Source of the DNA: Pseudogymnoascus verrucosus
Taxonomy: Eukaryota
NCBI GenBank assembly: GCA_001662655.1
Contig: KV460217.1
Direction: 5' to 3' (one strand)
DNA: 64,000 bases
Part shown: one piece after another, positions 37,506-49,068 of the stretch
Layout: each line of letters begins with the position of its first letter
Numbering within the stretch: the first letter of the stretch is position 1
Position numbers and translations under genes: made by a program
Notes under the pieces: model-generated
The model's database searches: none
What the model was told of the DNA's origin: nothing
Seen by the model: the letters and a program-made list of their open reading frames with translations, nothing else

Positions 37506-38047
37506 TGGGGGTGGAGATGGAAGGGTTTGTATGTTAGACTTGGATATTTCGTCATGTTAATTATTTTTTGTCTTCGTAATTTAGATCAAAACAGGTTTTA
37601 GACCACTGGACATTTAATAGTCACCAAACATAAACATATATCGCAGATTAAATCAAATACATTAATTAAATCAACATACAGATCTTATCGAGTTATTCAA
37701 TCCTACATTTGATGTATGTTGGCGGCGTATACGCCTGAACCTGATTAAGCGCCTAAAGGCCGACTATGGCCACTCCGCCACTATCCATCCCCGTAATTAT
37801 CAAATCCGCCCGGTCTCTTCAAGGAGGCCAGGCATATATTCACAAACCCACTTCTTCCAGGCAGTCGCGAGACTCCCGAGCTGCCCGTATTCACAGCCCT
37901 CCCCATATTCTATAAAACTTCCTCCGATTCCGCCAACTTAGCATCATGTATAGAACCTCATCCAACACGCCACTCACCAGAAAACAAATATACTATACTC
38001 GCACAACTGAAAGCCTATATTCAAATCTCACGCCTATACCCGTCGTT

Positions 38048-38419
38048 ATGGATGCGCTATCCACCACTGCCGCGCTTGCAACAACCGACCTCCCTGTGGA
38101 CATGCCCGCGCTCACGGTAACGCCGATGGCAGCGCCAACCAACCCCACCGCCGCCCAAGTGTCAACGATAGACTGCCATATCTGCGTATGCATGAATAGG
38201 CGGAAACCCGCGTGGAAACAGGCCGGGCCGTCGAAGATGTGCGTCCTCTGCGTCCGGCAATATTGCACCGTGCACGCTGCACCGGTGGACAAAGTAGGCG
38301 GGGAGGATGTGTGCGAGATTAATCATGAGACATATTACTGGAAGCATGAGGCTAGATGGGGCGAAGGGGTCCATGCGACGCTGTACGATAGGAAGTGTGA
38401 TAAGTGGGCTTCGTGTTGA
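38048..38419 (+). CDS. Small orphan protein with a putative zinc-binding Cys/His motif
   Basis: CHIC-x19-CVLC-x3-CTVH-x12-C-x3-H; TATAAAA at 37911. Start could be 37946 or 38048. Confidence 0.55.
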   Translation: MDALSTTAALATTDLPVDMPALTVTPMAAPTNPTAAQVSTIDCHICVCMNRRKPAWKQAGPSKMCVLCVRQYCTVHAAPVDKVGGEDVCEINHETYYWKHEARWGEGVHATLYDRKCDKWASC

Positions 38420-38603
38420 GAGGGTGGAAAGCGCTGTGGCGGACGGAGAATCACATTCAAGCTTCAAAATTTCCAAGTCAAAGGCCATTCATAAGGCAAC
38501 CGTGATCCTACTGAAAGGCAGCTATGTTGCTCTTTAAACGCTCTGTAGAACTGTATGTGAGATCAGTACCGGTGCTATACCATATAACCTCTGGATGCAA
38601 TTT

Positions 38604-38831
38604 CTAGTACGAAATTTTATCTCCGTTCCAGTTCCAAAACCCGCCGGTATTCTCCATGTTGAGCTTCTTGATGATAGATATCATTCCCTCCACAGACTCG
38701 TCAATATCTGTGTCCCCGAGCCAGCCCGACAACTTAGTCTTCACCCATCCCGGACTTACAGACATGACTGCAACTTTGCTTCCCTTGTTTTTCAGGTCCA
38801 TAGCAATCGTTTGAGTTTCCTGGTTCAAAGC
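38604..38831 (-). pseudogene. 3' fragment of a CsgA/C-factor-like short-chain dehydrogenase
   Basis: [38 protein letters not shown]...TGGFWNWNG is a typical SDR C-terminus. The Rossmann and YxxxK portions are absent. Confidence 0.8.
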
Positions 38832-38979
38832 GTGGTGACGAGAAGGTAGGAGCGGAATGATATGGCGGCTGCGATGGCGGGCTTGCCATACACGGCCGCG
38901 TGTTCACCGAAGACGATGACTTTTCCGGGGGCGGAGACCATGAAGGGGGCGCCATTGGCGAGGAGGGTTTGCGATGCAT
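38828..38979 (-). pseudogene. ERG12: 5' fragment of mevalonate kinase (frameshifted, truncated)
   Basis: Reads [11 protein letters not shown], then (after a 1-nt loss in a C run) [39 protein letters not shown] and TGA. This is GHMP motif I of fungal mevalonate kinase. Confidence 0.85.
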
Positions 38980-39673
38980 AGCTAGGATTGTACTGTAGAA
39001 TGCTGGTATTAGAGGGTTAGTGGTTAGCTAGTAGAATACAGGTTCAAGCCATCGAATAGTGCGCTGTTGGAGTCGGTGGAGGGATAGACTGTTGAAGTTG
39101 AACTACGAGCTGTCGAAATCGTTTCGATTAAGTTATCCTTATCAAACTGAAAACAAAGGGGACGTGCATGATGCTGCAGCACGATACGGTTGCGCCCCAG
39201 CCGCGCAACCATATCGTGGTGGTGCAGCAACAGCACAGTTAACCAACTCTATAGTTCATTCGCAGTTGTTGCCAGTGCACTGGCGTAGCCAAAGACCATA
39301 ACAGGCCATTATCACCTTTATAAGCACTGTAGCACACATAAGTGCTTGTAAAAATTAATGGCATATTTCTTATCTTTATCTTTGTATTTATATCAAATAA
39401 ACAGGCGCCTAGACGCCCTGAGGGAGGGGTAAAAATGGGGCGTATTGATTTCTAATAATGTGGTGATGGCGGAAGCTATTTCCGCCCCTCCACCCCACTG
39501 GAGCTTGTCCCGGTGGGGCAGAGTACCCCGCTAGCCTACAGATTTTATATCTTATTTTTATATCCATGATTTCGTATAACTTTGTCACCTCATCTCTCCG
39601 ACTTCCCTCCTCTATATTCCCTCCTATTTATTATCTCTCAAACAAAAAACAGGCACATGCCCACACAGTTATC

Positions 39674-41146
39674 ATGGCATTGTCGAACAGCGGGCTTGAT
39701 TCGTTTATTCGCATAGAGGGGTCGCCCAGCCTTGCAAACCCCCCCGCCACGGTACGGAGAGATAAGCAGGGCATTCCAATTCCCCCTTCAGAATTCGAAC
39801 TTAATGACATACGCCCATCTCCCTCTACGACTCTACCCTTTGCCCGCGATGTCCCCCCTAATGACGTCGAGAGCAGTACCCCGCCGACGCCCACCACCCC
39901 CACTGGAGTCGACCTCCTCCAGACATTCACCAATCCTCCCATGAACAAATATCGCATGGCAAGCTCAACTTTCATGAACTTCGCAAACGGCGTTAATGAC
40001 AGTGCTCCCGGTGCCCTCATCCCCTACCTCGAGAAGGCCTACTCCGTCAACTACGCCGTTGTCTCCCTCATCTTCATCTCCAACGCCCTCGGCTTCATCG
40101 TCGCCGCCCCTCTCACCCACGCCATCGAGACTCGCCTCGGTCGAGCACGCACGCACCAGGTCGCTCTCTCCATCCTAGCCGTCGCCTACGTGGCCCTCCT
40201 CTGCGCGCCCCCCTTTCCCGTCATCGTAATCTCCTTTTTCTTCCTCGGTTTCGGCATGGCTGTCAGCCTCTCCCTCAACAATGTCTTTTGCGTCGGTCTC
40301 TCAAATGCCACTGCGGCCCTCGGTTTCCTCCACGGCGCCTACGGCGTAGGGGGTACTATTGGCCCGCTCATCGCCACAGCCCTCGCCTCCAATGGCGTGA
40401 AGTGGAGTTACTTCTACAGCATTCCTCTATTCTTCGCCCTCTCAAACATCACCGCTGCAACTTTTGCCTACCGCAACTACGAGGCCGACGCCCCAGCAGC
40501 GCAACTAATGACAGCGCTCGAACAGACCGCCTCGAGACAGCAAACCAACACACCAACGCGCATGCAGACTCTCAAGCTTGCCGCGCGCAACAAAACTACC
40601 ATCCTCGGCTCCCTCTTCATCTTTGCCTACCAAGGCGCTGAAGTCAGTATTGCTTCTTGGCTCGTGTCCTTCCTCATCAGTTACCGCCACGGTGAAGCCG
40701 GGCAGGTTGGGTACGTCAGCTCTGGTTTCTGGCTGGGCATTACGCTGGGCCGGATCTTCCTGTCGCCGCAGGCCGCGCGACTGGGCGAGAAGACGTCCGT
40801 CATACTGCTAGTCGCATGCTCGCTGGTGTTGCAGGTGGTGTTCTGGTCCGTGCCTAACATCATTGGAAACGCGGTTGCCATTTCGATTGTTGGTTTATTG
40901 CTAGGGCCGGTGTATCCATGTGCGGCGGCCGTGTTTAGCAAGTTGCTGCCGCGCGACTTGCAGGTGCCGAGCTTCAGTCTGATTTCAGCGATGGGGAGCA
41001 GTGGAGGCGCGTTTGCGCCGTTTATTACGGGATTGTTGGCGCAGAAGCTGGGGACGGTGGTGTTGAATCCTGTGACGATTATTTTGTATTGCTCGATGGT
41101 GGTGGCGTGGCTTTGTCTGCCAAGGATCGTGAAGAGGACCGAGTAG
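39674..41146 (+). CDS. MFS transporter (Bsc6/FucP-like)
   Basis: NGVNDSAPGALIPYLE, LHGAYGVGGTIGPLIAT, FAYQGAEVSIASW, SGFWLGITLGR; about 12 TM segments. Confidence 0.9.
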   Translation: MALSNSGLDSFIRIEGSPSLANPPATVRRDKQGIPIPPSEFELNDIRPSPSTTLPFARDVPPNDVESSTPPTPTTPTGVDLLQTFTNPPMNKYRMASSTFMNFANGVNDSAPGALIPYLEKAYSVNYAVVSLIFISNALGFIVAAPLTHAIETRLGRARTHQVALSILAVAYVALLCAPPFPVIVISFFFLGFGMAVSLSLNNVFCVGLSNATAALGFLHGAYGVGGTIGPLIATALASNGVKWSYFYSIPLFFALSNITAATFAYRNYEADAPAAQLMTALEQTASRQQTNTPTRMQTLKLAARNKTTILGSLFIFAYQGAEVSIASWLVSFLISYRHGEAGQVGYVSSGFWLGITLGRIFLSPQAARLGEKTSVILLVACSLVLQVVFWSVPNIIGNAVAISIVGLLLGPVYPCAAAVFSKLLPRDLQVPSFSLISAMGSSGGAFAPFITGLLAQKLGTVVLNPVTIILYCSMVVAWLCLPRIVKRTE

Positions 41147-41756
41147 ATGTGTGTTGGATATTTTGGTATGATGGGACGATATTGCAGGCAGGAACAGGAC
41201 ACTGTGATAGTGTCTATCACGGATACGGATGGTCAGTATATTTATTTCCCGAACTGACGATAATAACGGCCTTTGCGATATATTTTCTAGAACAATTAAT
41301 GACGACGTTTATGAAAAATTAGAATAGAAATTCAAACAGGACTATAATATTATAGCAATATATATGCACTTTTCCGCTCTAGCCAGACCTGGGTAATTAA
41401 ATGAAACAGGCTATATATGTGGTTCTATGGGGTTTGAATCTTTCACAGATCTAGCATGTTGAGTCTGGCGTCAAAGTAAGCCTCGGAGAACATTGCGCCG
41501 TGCTACAAAAGGATGCCTTAGCGATCTCTTCTCACTGCACCAAAACTAAACGGCGCTGAATAGAGCTGAACAAAGCGTGCATGATCTTCGCTGAGAAGAG
41601 TCAAGGCAGAACTAGGTAGGGAGTGGAGGCGCTAATCGTGATGTTTATATCGTACCACAGCCTTCCATTGTTTGTGGGCGGAGTACAAGAATATAACGTC
41701 TAAAGGAACACCTCTCTCAGAAAGTAACACCTCATTTCATTACTAGCATACATACC

Positions 41757-42779
41757 ATGGCGACAACCGACTCCCCAGAAGTGTCCGGGGAAGACGGAGA
41801 GCTTGACGAAGACCTACTCGACGACATCCTAAGCCGCGCCCAGGAGTGCGAGAAATCAAGACAGTGGGAGGAATACAATGAGCTCCGACTCCAAAGCATC
41901 GACATGTTCTCACAGCATTTCGGGCCAGACCACAGAATACCGTTAGACTACAAGATGAACCTCGCCTACAACTATCGCACGCAAGCAAAATTCCCACAGG
42001 CTGAATCCGTTGCTCGCGATGTTGTCGAGCGGCGGCGCAGAGTACTCGGTGATCATGCCGACACAGCTAGCGCCATGAATAGCTTGTCGATTAGCATCAA
42101 GGCCCAGGAGCGAGTGGAAGAAGGGCTTAGGCTGGACGAGGAAACGCTGGAAATGCTGCAGCGTGTGCAGGGAGATGGGGAAGATGCTACACAGGCAGCG
42201 ATGCAGAATCTCGGTAATAGCTATTTCAATGTCGGCCGGCACGAGGAGGCGGCCGAGCTTCACCAGAAAGTCGTTGACTTCCGGGTACAAAAATTGGGAA
42301 AGAATAACCGCGAGAGTATCATCACTATGGATATGCTCGCGAGGGATTTCACCGCCCTTGATCAATGGGACAAGGCGAAACAGCTACAAGAGGAGGTGAA
42401 TGGTCTGGCAAAGGTGAACTTCGGCTACGGCGACAATACTACCATCACCTGCATCCTGAACCTATTAAAAACGTACCGTCATCTGGGGGAACCAGATAAA
42501 GCACTAAGGATGATGGAAGATGCATTAGCGTCCTTCCGACAGCTAGGTCGTGATCACACCGAGCCCAGCGCGTCACTCATGAAGCAGCTAGCAATAGTGT
42601 ATTCTGATGAAGACAGGTTCGAGGAGGCTGAGCCGCTGTTTGAGGAGTTTTATGAGTGGATTAAGGGGGTTTTGGGACCTGATCATGAGGTGACGGAAGA
42701 GGCGAGATTGGATTTGACAGATAACTTGGTGGCCCAGGGAAAGCTTGTGTGGACAAGCCCCTACGGGGCTTTGGAATGA
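41757..42779 (+). CDS. Stand-alone TPR-repeat protein (kinesin-light-chain/NLR-type ~42-aa TPRs)
   Basis: About 7 repeats of the LGxDHxxT...M.NLA type: FGPDHRIP, LGDHADT, LGKNNRES, LGRDHTE, LGPDHEVT. Intronless. Confidence 0.85.
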   Translation: MATTDSPEVSGEDGELDEDLLDDILSRAQECEKSRQWEEYNELRLQSIDMFSQHFGPDHRIPLDYKMNLAYNYRTQAKFPQAESVARDVVERRRRVLGDHADTASAMNSLSISIKAQERVEEGLRLDEETLEMLQRVQGDGEDATQAAMQNLGNSYFNVGRHEEAAELHQKVVDFRVQKLGKNNRESIITMDMLARDFTALDQWDKAKQLQEEVNGLAKVNFGYGDNTTITCILNLLKTYRHLGEPDKALRMMEDALASFRQLGRDHTEPSASLMKQLAIVYSDEDRFEEAEPLFEEFYEWIKGVLGPDHEVTEEARLDLTDNLVAQGKLVWTSPYGALE

Positions 42780-43176
42780 ATAAGTCGAACTGGGTTCATA
42801 ATAATAATATGCTACATTCACAGCAGCGTAAATGGTTCCAACATAGCACGTCATGCAAATTGACCTTCTAGAAAGAAAAGGTTACTGGAGCAGGGTGGGC
42901 AAACCGCCAGATACATCGAGTTTAATACTAGATCATATTGTCTATTTACAACTGTTGCTAAAGACCGGCTTACATTCAAAATGCAAGATTCAACCAAATA
43001 AGATCGCTAATAAACACGAATGCCATGCAAAAATCGCGAAGGGAGTGTGTATCCATCTCCAACCGAATCCAACCCACTCCAAACCTAAATCCACTCTCGT
43101 CCGAAATGCACCCAGTATCCATCCCACGCACTACCCATCATACCCGTAATCTCGTCTATCGCTCCAAACCACCCAT

Positions 43177-45789
43177 CTAATACTCGCTCAGCCGCAGCTT
43201 CTTCCCCACCTCCCTCCGCCTTGGTATCGCTTTCTCAACCGCAGCCAGGACCGTATTCTCAAGACTGCCCGTGCGCGCCTGCAGAGCCTGGAGTAGCATA
43301 CCCGCATCAAAGAAGCCATCTGTATCCCGTTAGCTCTGTGTCCACAGAAAATACCCCAGCAAACAAGGAATAGAAATCAAAAAGTAAAAAAGTAAAACTC
43401 ACATCCACCCAAATCGTCATCATCACTCCCAACCCTACTATCCACACTCGCCGCCTTCGGCACCCCTTCACTCCTAATCGGCCTCCCCCTCTTCATCTTC
43501 CCCTCACCAACACCCCTATCCCTCTCCCTCGCGCGACTCGACGCCGGACTCCCATCTCTTCCGCCAACAGCCCTCAACATCCGGCGAATCTCGACTAGGT
43601 AGCTCTCAAGCGCATCCACAAACCGCTTCGTCTGCCTATGCTTCGAGGAGGCACAGATACTGATACCCTCATCTTTAATAATATATCCTATCCCAAATCC
43701 ATCGCCGCTGGTGGGACCGAAGCCAAAGTGTCGAAGCGAGGGGTTACCGCAGTTCGAAGTCGACAGGATAGTGCTATTAAGCCTATCCCACCCATGATCC
43801 GCAAACAAGCTCGGCAAGGCTTGAAGACGCGTCGGGCTCGGGCTAGGCGAACTACTCGAGCGAATACGCTGCGGCAATCCATCATCACTCTGCGCGCTCA
43901 GCGACGGGCTAGAGAGCGGGTCCGGACTACTCGCTCCTCGACTCGAATATCCATCCCCATTACTCGACGCCGCCTCCGCACCATCCTCATCCAGACCGCG
44001 CTGCCACACGCTGAACAGGGCGTAGAGATGTCTATCGCACCCCTGTGCTTTGGCGCACTCGCGCGTTTGTGCAGTGTGGGCCTGGCATGCGCGGCGGAGG
44101 GCTTCGACTTTGCGGGCTGGTTCGAGCTCGCTCCAGAACTCTTGGACGAAGGCGAGGGATTCGGGGGTTACGGAGCGGATGGCCTCGGTGCGGCCGTGGA
44201 GGTAGACTTTGGTCATTGCGGGCTCGTAGGTGCATTCCGAACGGCCATAGAGGCCGTAATAAGCAGCTTGAAACGCCATTTGTACGAATGCGTCGGGAGA
44301 AAAGCCCATGGATGTCATGAAGTTCTTTCCGTAGGCGGCGAAGTCGAGGGTCTGGAACTCGTTTTGCTGGATTAGGTCGGCCAGGCGAGTTTCGGCGAAG
44401 CGGACGGCGATGCTGAGTTCGGAGGTCATGACCCATTCGAGTTTGCGGGGGGTGGTGGAGACGGGACCGAAGGATTTGGGGTCTCGCTTGGACGGGTCGG
44501 GGGAGGTGGAGGCCCAGAGGGAAGGGGCTTGGCCGTTGATGGTTCGGGCGAAACGGAGGATGGTGTCGGTGTAGACGTCGGACGCAAAACGGAGGACGGT
44601 GTGGCCATCTACACCCGTGTGCTCGAAGTTGATACCTGCTGAGCCATTGGCACAGACGATAATCTGCAGTTTATCGTACCAGCGGTTCGTGCAGGTTCCG
44701 ATTTGGATGCCCTTTTCGATTTTTGAAGTGCCGCAAAGCATGTTGCCGCAGAGATCTGGAGCGTTGGAGGGAGCGGCATAGTCGAGGCAGACGATGAACA
44801 GGGCGGAGTCTACGATGCTAAGGCAATCGGCGTTGTTGGATCCCTCGTCACGGGTGAGGACTTCTCTCAGCCCAGCCCAGACCTTGCGATTCTCGGTACT
44901 GAGGACGCCAATGGCGCTTTTGGCGGCTTCTTGAATGGGCGTCTGCTGAGCATCATCGACGATCGTTTGGAGGTTGATGGCGATGTCCTTCTCGCTCATC
45001 ACATGATCGGAGTTTTCGTCCAGAACATCGAACCAGTAGAATTGGCCGTGGCAGAGTACCACAATGTGCTGGGAGTCAGGGTCCTGGCCGATGTGACAGC
45101 CGTGATCAGTTGGGATTCGAGCTGTACCAAACAACCTCGAGTACTGATACATGCAAAGTGGCTGACCCTTGATAGTATCAGGCGGCAGTTCTTCCCTCCT
45201 AACAGCTCTCACGAACGACAATGCTGATACAACCAACGATGCAGCTCTTGTAACCTGGTTGTTACGCGCTGGCGTCGGGTCATCCTCCAGCAAGAAGAAC
45301 GGATTAAGGTTCAGCACGACCGGATTGTCGTAATTTAGATACGAATCATACCCTGGGATATCAGCCTAACACTCGATTAACACGGCAAGACAACTCACAA
45401 AACTGCTCAATATAACTAGTCTTTCCATTTGCATACTTCTTCAACTTCTCGTTCAGCTCCGGTCCATCACCCTTCAGAAACTCCTCTGCCGCCTGTTGCG
45501 TCTCGGCATGCTCTCTCGGAGGCTGCAGCGGCTTCAGTGCGGCCAGGTACTTGGCGATTGAGTTCTCGAGCTCGGGAATCGGGAGCTTAGGCAGCGAATC
45601 CTGCGCCGCGAATGTGATGCCCTGCTCGATATTAGGAGAATGAGAGGCGAGCGGCTTGCGTTGCTCTTCGGTGTACTGCCTTGGGGCATCTGACTTGACC
45701 GGTACCGCAGGAGGCTGACCCTCTGCTAATCTCTCGTTGAGTGGCTTAGGCATAGTGAAATGTCTGACACCTGGGGTTGCGATAGGCAT
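43177..45789 (-). CDS. facC: Carnitine O-acetyltransferase (cytosolic facC/YAT1 type)
   Basis: LPKLPIPELE, NRWYDKLQIIV, catalytic FEHTGVDGH, SPDAFVQMAFQ, LSTSNCGNP, C-terminus KLRLSEY. Introns 45353-45398 and 43320-43402. Confidence 0.93.
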
Positions 45790-48195
45790 TTTGTTAGTAT
45801 GGTGCGTTTAGGTATACAACGGAGAAACCGAGGTGGAGATATTGAGACCGCGCAGAGCAGTGCGGTAGAAATAGTGACAGTCTTGCAGACAGTATGGCGG
45901 CATTAGAACAATGTAAGGAATGGAGACATGTGTGTATATTCTCCTCTTTGCGAGTGAGTGGTTTGCATGAAGGAGTAAAGATCGGGATGGATATAATTAT
46001 ATCAAGCTCCAACTCGGCAATACCCCTCCAGCTTATCATACATCATCTTAGCTCCGATAGGCCACCCCCATGACTCCATGGTAGATCCCCATAGTGTAGG
46101 CGTATGCGAGGAAACTTCCATGCTATCCGTTCCGCAGCACCGAGAGGCCGTGGCAGACCCACCCGGAGCGCGGGTATGCAGCGAAACAAGCAATCGGGTT
46201 GCGCGCCATCTCAGGTTTTTGCCGAGACACATGGGTAAAAGTGAGAGCATAGCATATAGCACATACCTAGTTACTTGCACCAACGCCTGAGTGGTGGCAA
46301 TAGCTGAGAAAAGATATGCGTAATCCAGACTGGTGGGTTGGTGTCTGTGGATTGGTGGCACCTTGAATGGTCCGGATCTGATGGCTGTTTCAGCGCCTTC
46401 TAGCCCTCCATCAGTTACTCGGAGAATTCGACACCGGGTTGGATTAGGAAAGAACATACCTGGTAGTACTATGGGATACCACACGCCTCTTCGACGAACG
46501 AGGCACCAACTAACCACTCGCAGTCTTCGATACGCCTCCTCCTGCTTTCCCAACAACTGCCGCTTCACCAGCCGCTGCGTCGGTCAGCGCCCGAGAGTAA
46601 ATTGCCTCACTCAAGCAGCACTTTCCCTTTCCTGCCAGAGTACTCGTGCCTGTAGTATGTAATGCTTCGTAACTTCCCAGGCGTTGGCACGTCCTGGCAC
46701 GTCCTGGCAGAGTGACCCACTCCGGACCAGAGGAAGCAGGGTGACTAGCCTAGTGCGTCGGGGCGTTTGGGGGACAACGATGGTCCTATCGGAGCGTCGA
46801 AATCGATGACAGAGGAGTTAAGGCGCACTTAGTCTGATGGGAGATCGCTGGATGGTATGTGCAGCGTAGATGCAACTGCAAGGTATGAGGGGATGCGACA
46901 ATATAAATAATATATCACATGTGATGATGAAGGTAGTAGGTGTAGGGTAGTAGGGTAGGTAGAAGTAGTTAGAGAGACGTTGCACCGGAGAAGATTTTCT
47001 GCAAGCTGTGTAATATCTGTTGAGGTGCAGAAAGGGCACGTGGTTTAGCGTAGAGATGTGCAATGTACAGTAGGATATGTGGCCGGTGACAATTTATCCT
47101 AGAAAGAGAATAATGACTTTTCTTTTTCTCTCCATACAGCGTTCGAGTTACGGCTATGTGAGGGTTAGAGGGTTATGGGTATGGGGTCAAAGTGGATCAT
47201 GTGGGCAATTAGCGAGATCTCGGGGGAAGGAGAGAGGTACATTAAGGTAAAGCCAAAATAGACTACAAGACCCTGTACCATCCCCAGCGAAGTCGAGCTC
47301 TTTATAGTGGTGATAATAGTTATATAGTAGAGAAATATGAGTGTAAAAGTGAAGCTATACGAGGTTAGAGGTGTATTTCTAACGCTGCAACACTACTAGT
47401 CGAGTGCCCTGTCGTCGGCTAGCCACAGCGTAATACCGTGTAATACTGTGTATCGTATCACTGCTCCCACTACGGCAATGCTACTGCTACAACTACAACT
47501 CCATGATTCCGTGCCGCTGACTTGAAACTTGGCAGCTCGGTGTCTACGTACTATACTTTTGGCCTGTGGTAAGCCGGTGCGGCGGATGCGGTCGAGCGGA
47601 AACATATCTCTCCACCTCTCTCCACTCTCTCCGCCTCCAACTCCACGTCCAACGGCCAATATAACTGCGTCATTAGTCAGCATGTGATTATTCCGCCTTC
47701 AGCCTTCAAGGTTACAATATTCTATAACTGTATGAAGATTAGAATCCAGTCTCGTGACCACGATAATTCCATATTCAAGTCGAACATATAATTTCATGTG
47801 ACGATGCCGCCAAGGAGATGCCGTTGTACTCAGACCAGGCGAGCGAGGGTGATAAATGACGCTGTGCTTGGCCTGAAAGCCACAAAGCTTGAAATTTTTA
47901 TATTTCCTATCCTATTTTACGGTATGCCTGAGTATTATCGAGTAGAGTAGCTCTATGAGAACCTATTTGCAGCCTAATACAAGGTATCAGAGATCACCAA
48001 ACTGAACAATCCGGACCAGCGTACCCACCAGCCACACCAAGTTTCAGCCACACCCATCAGATCCACTAGCCACACGCTAACAACCAGCTCCAGCCACATC
48101 AACCTCACGACCTCAAATTCCCAATCCGCGCATCCCCATCCACGCATCACACACCTCTTCATACCACTCACCACACCCACGCACCACCAGCGAAA

Positions 48196-49068
48196 ATGCA
48201 CCTCCCACTACCACACCTCCTCCTCCCCCTTCTCCCCCTAACCCTCGCCCTCCACCTCCGCGTCCTCCTCCCCCCCACCGCCTCGCTCCTCACCCCCTCC
48301 CTCCTCCCCCCCTCCACCACCGCCTCTCTCACGACACAAGGGCACGTCTACACCGCCCCGCTCGGCGCATCCAGTACGTTCGATTTCCGGAATGTGAGCG
48401 CGGGCAGCTATTTGTTGGATGTGGTGGGGTCGACGCATGTTTTTGCGCCGCTGAGGGTGGATATCTCGGAAGGGAACGAGGGGGGAGCGGAGGTGGTGAA
48501 GGCGTGGGGGACGTGGAGGGGGAATGAGTGGGAGAATAAGGGGGAGGTTGTTGAGGTTGGGGTTTGGGGGAGGGAAGGGAGGGTTGTGGAGGTTAAGGCG
48601 GTGGGGGCGAAGGAGTATTTGATTGAGAGGACTGGATGTGAGTTTGCTTGTTCCCTGGGTGCTGGGAGTGGGAGTGGTTGATGGATGCTAATTGTTGTGC
48701 CTGGACAGTTTCCCCATTATCGATCCTCAAGAACCCGATGATACTCATGGCCGGCGTGGCGATGTTGATGATGTTTGGAATGCCTAAACTTATGGAGAAC
48801 AGTACGTCCCCATACCCCATTCCCCCATTTCCCATTTCCCTCCCCGACACTGTCCCCCCAAATTAGAAAGGTACCATATGCTAACCCACACCCAGTGGAC
48901 CCAGAAACCCGCGCCGAATTCGAGGAACGCCAGAAGAGCAGCCCCATGAACGGACTCCTGAACGGACAAGCGGCGCAGGGCGGTGCGGCTAGTTTTGATG
49001 CTGCGGCTTGGTTGGCGGGTGCGCCGGCGAAGAAACAGGCGGCGGTGGAGAAGGGTGTTACGAGGTGA
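48196..49068 (+). CDS. EMC7: ER membrane protein complex subunit 7-like (DUF2012)
   Basis: Signal peptide, FRNVSAGSYLLDV, TWRGNEW, FSPLSILKNPMIL..PKLMENMDPE. Introns 48638-48708 and 48802-48895. Confidence 0.85.

Noticed and set aside
43638..44781. Long antisense ORFs over the carnitine acetyltransferase (and similarly over the MFS, CTL and WW genes)
   Set aside because: Shadow ORFs caused by GC-rich codon bias.
45800..48100. ORFs in the facC-EMC7 intergenic region and a (TGGCACGTCC)2 repeat near 46686
   Set aside because: No recognisable protein. The short repeat is too small to interpret.
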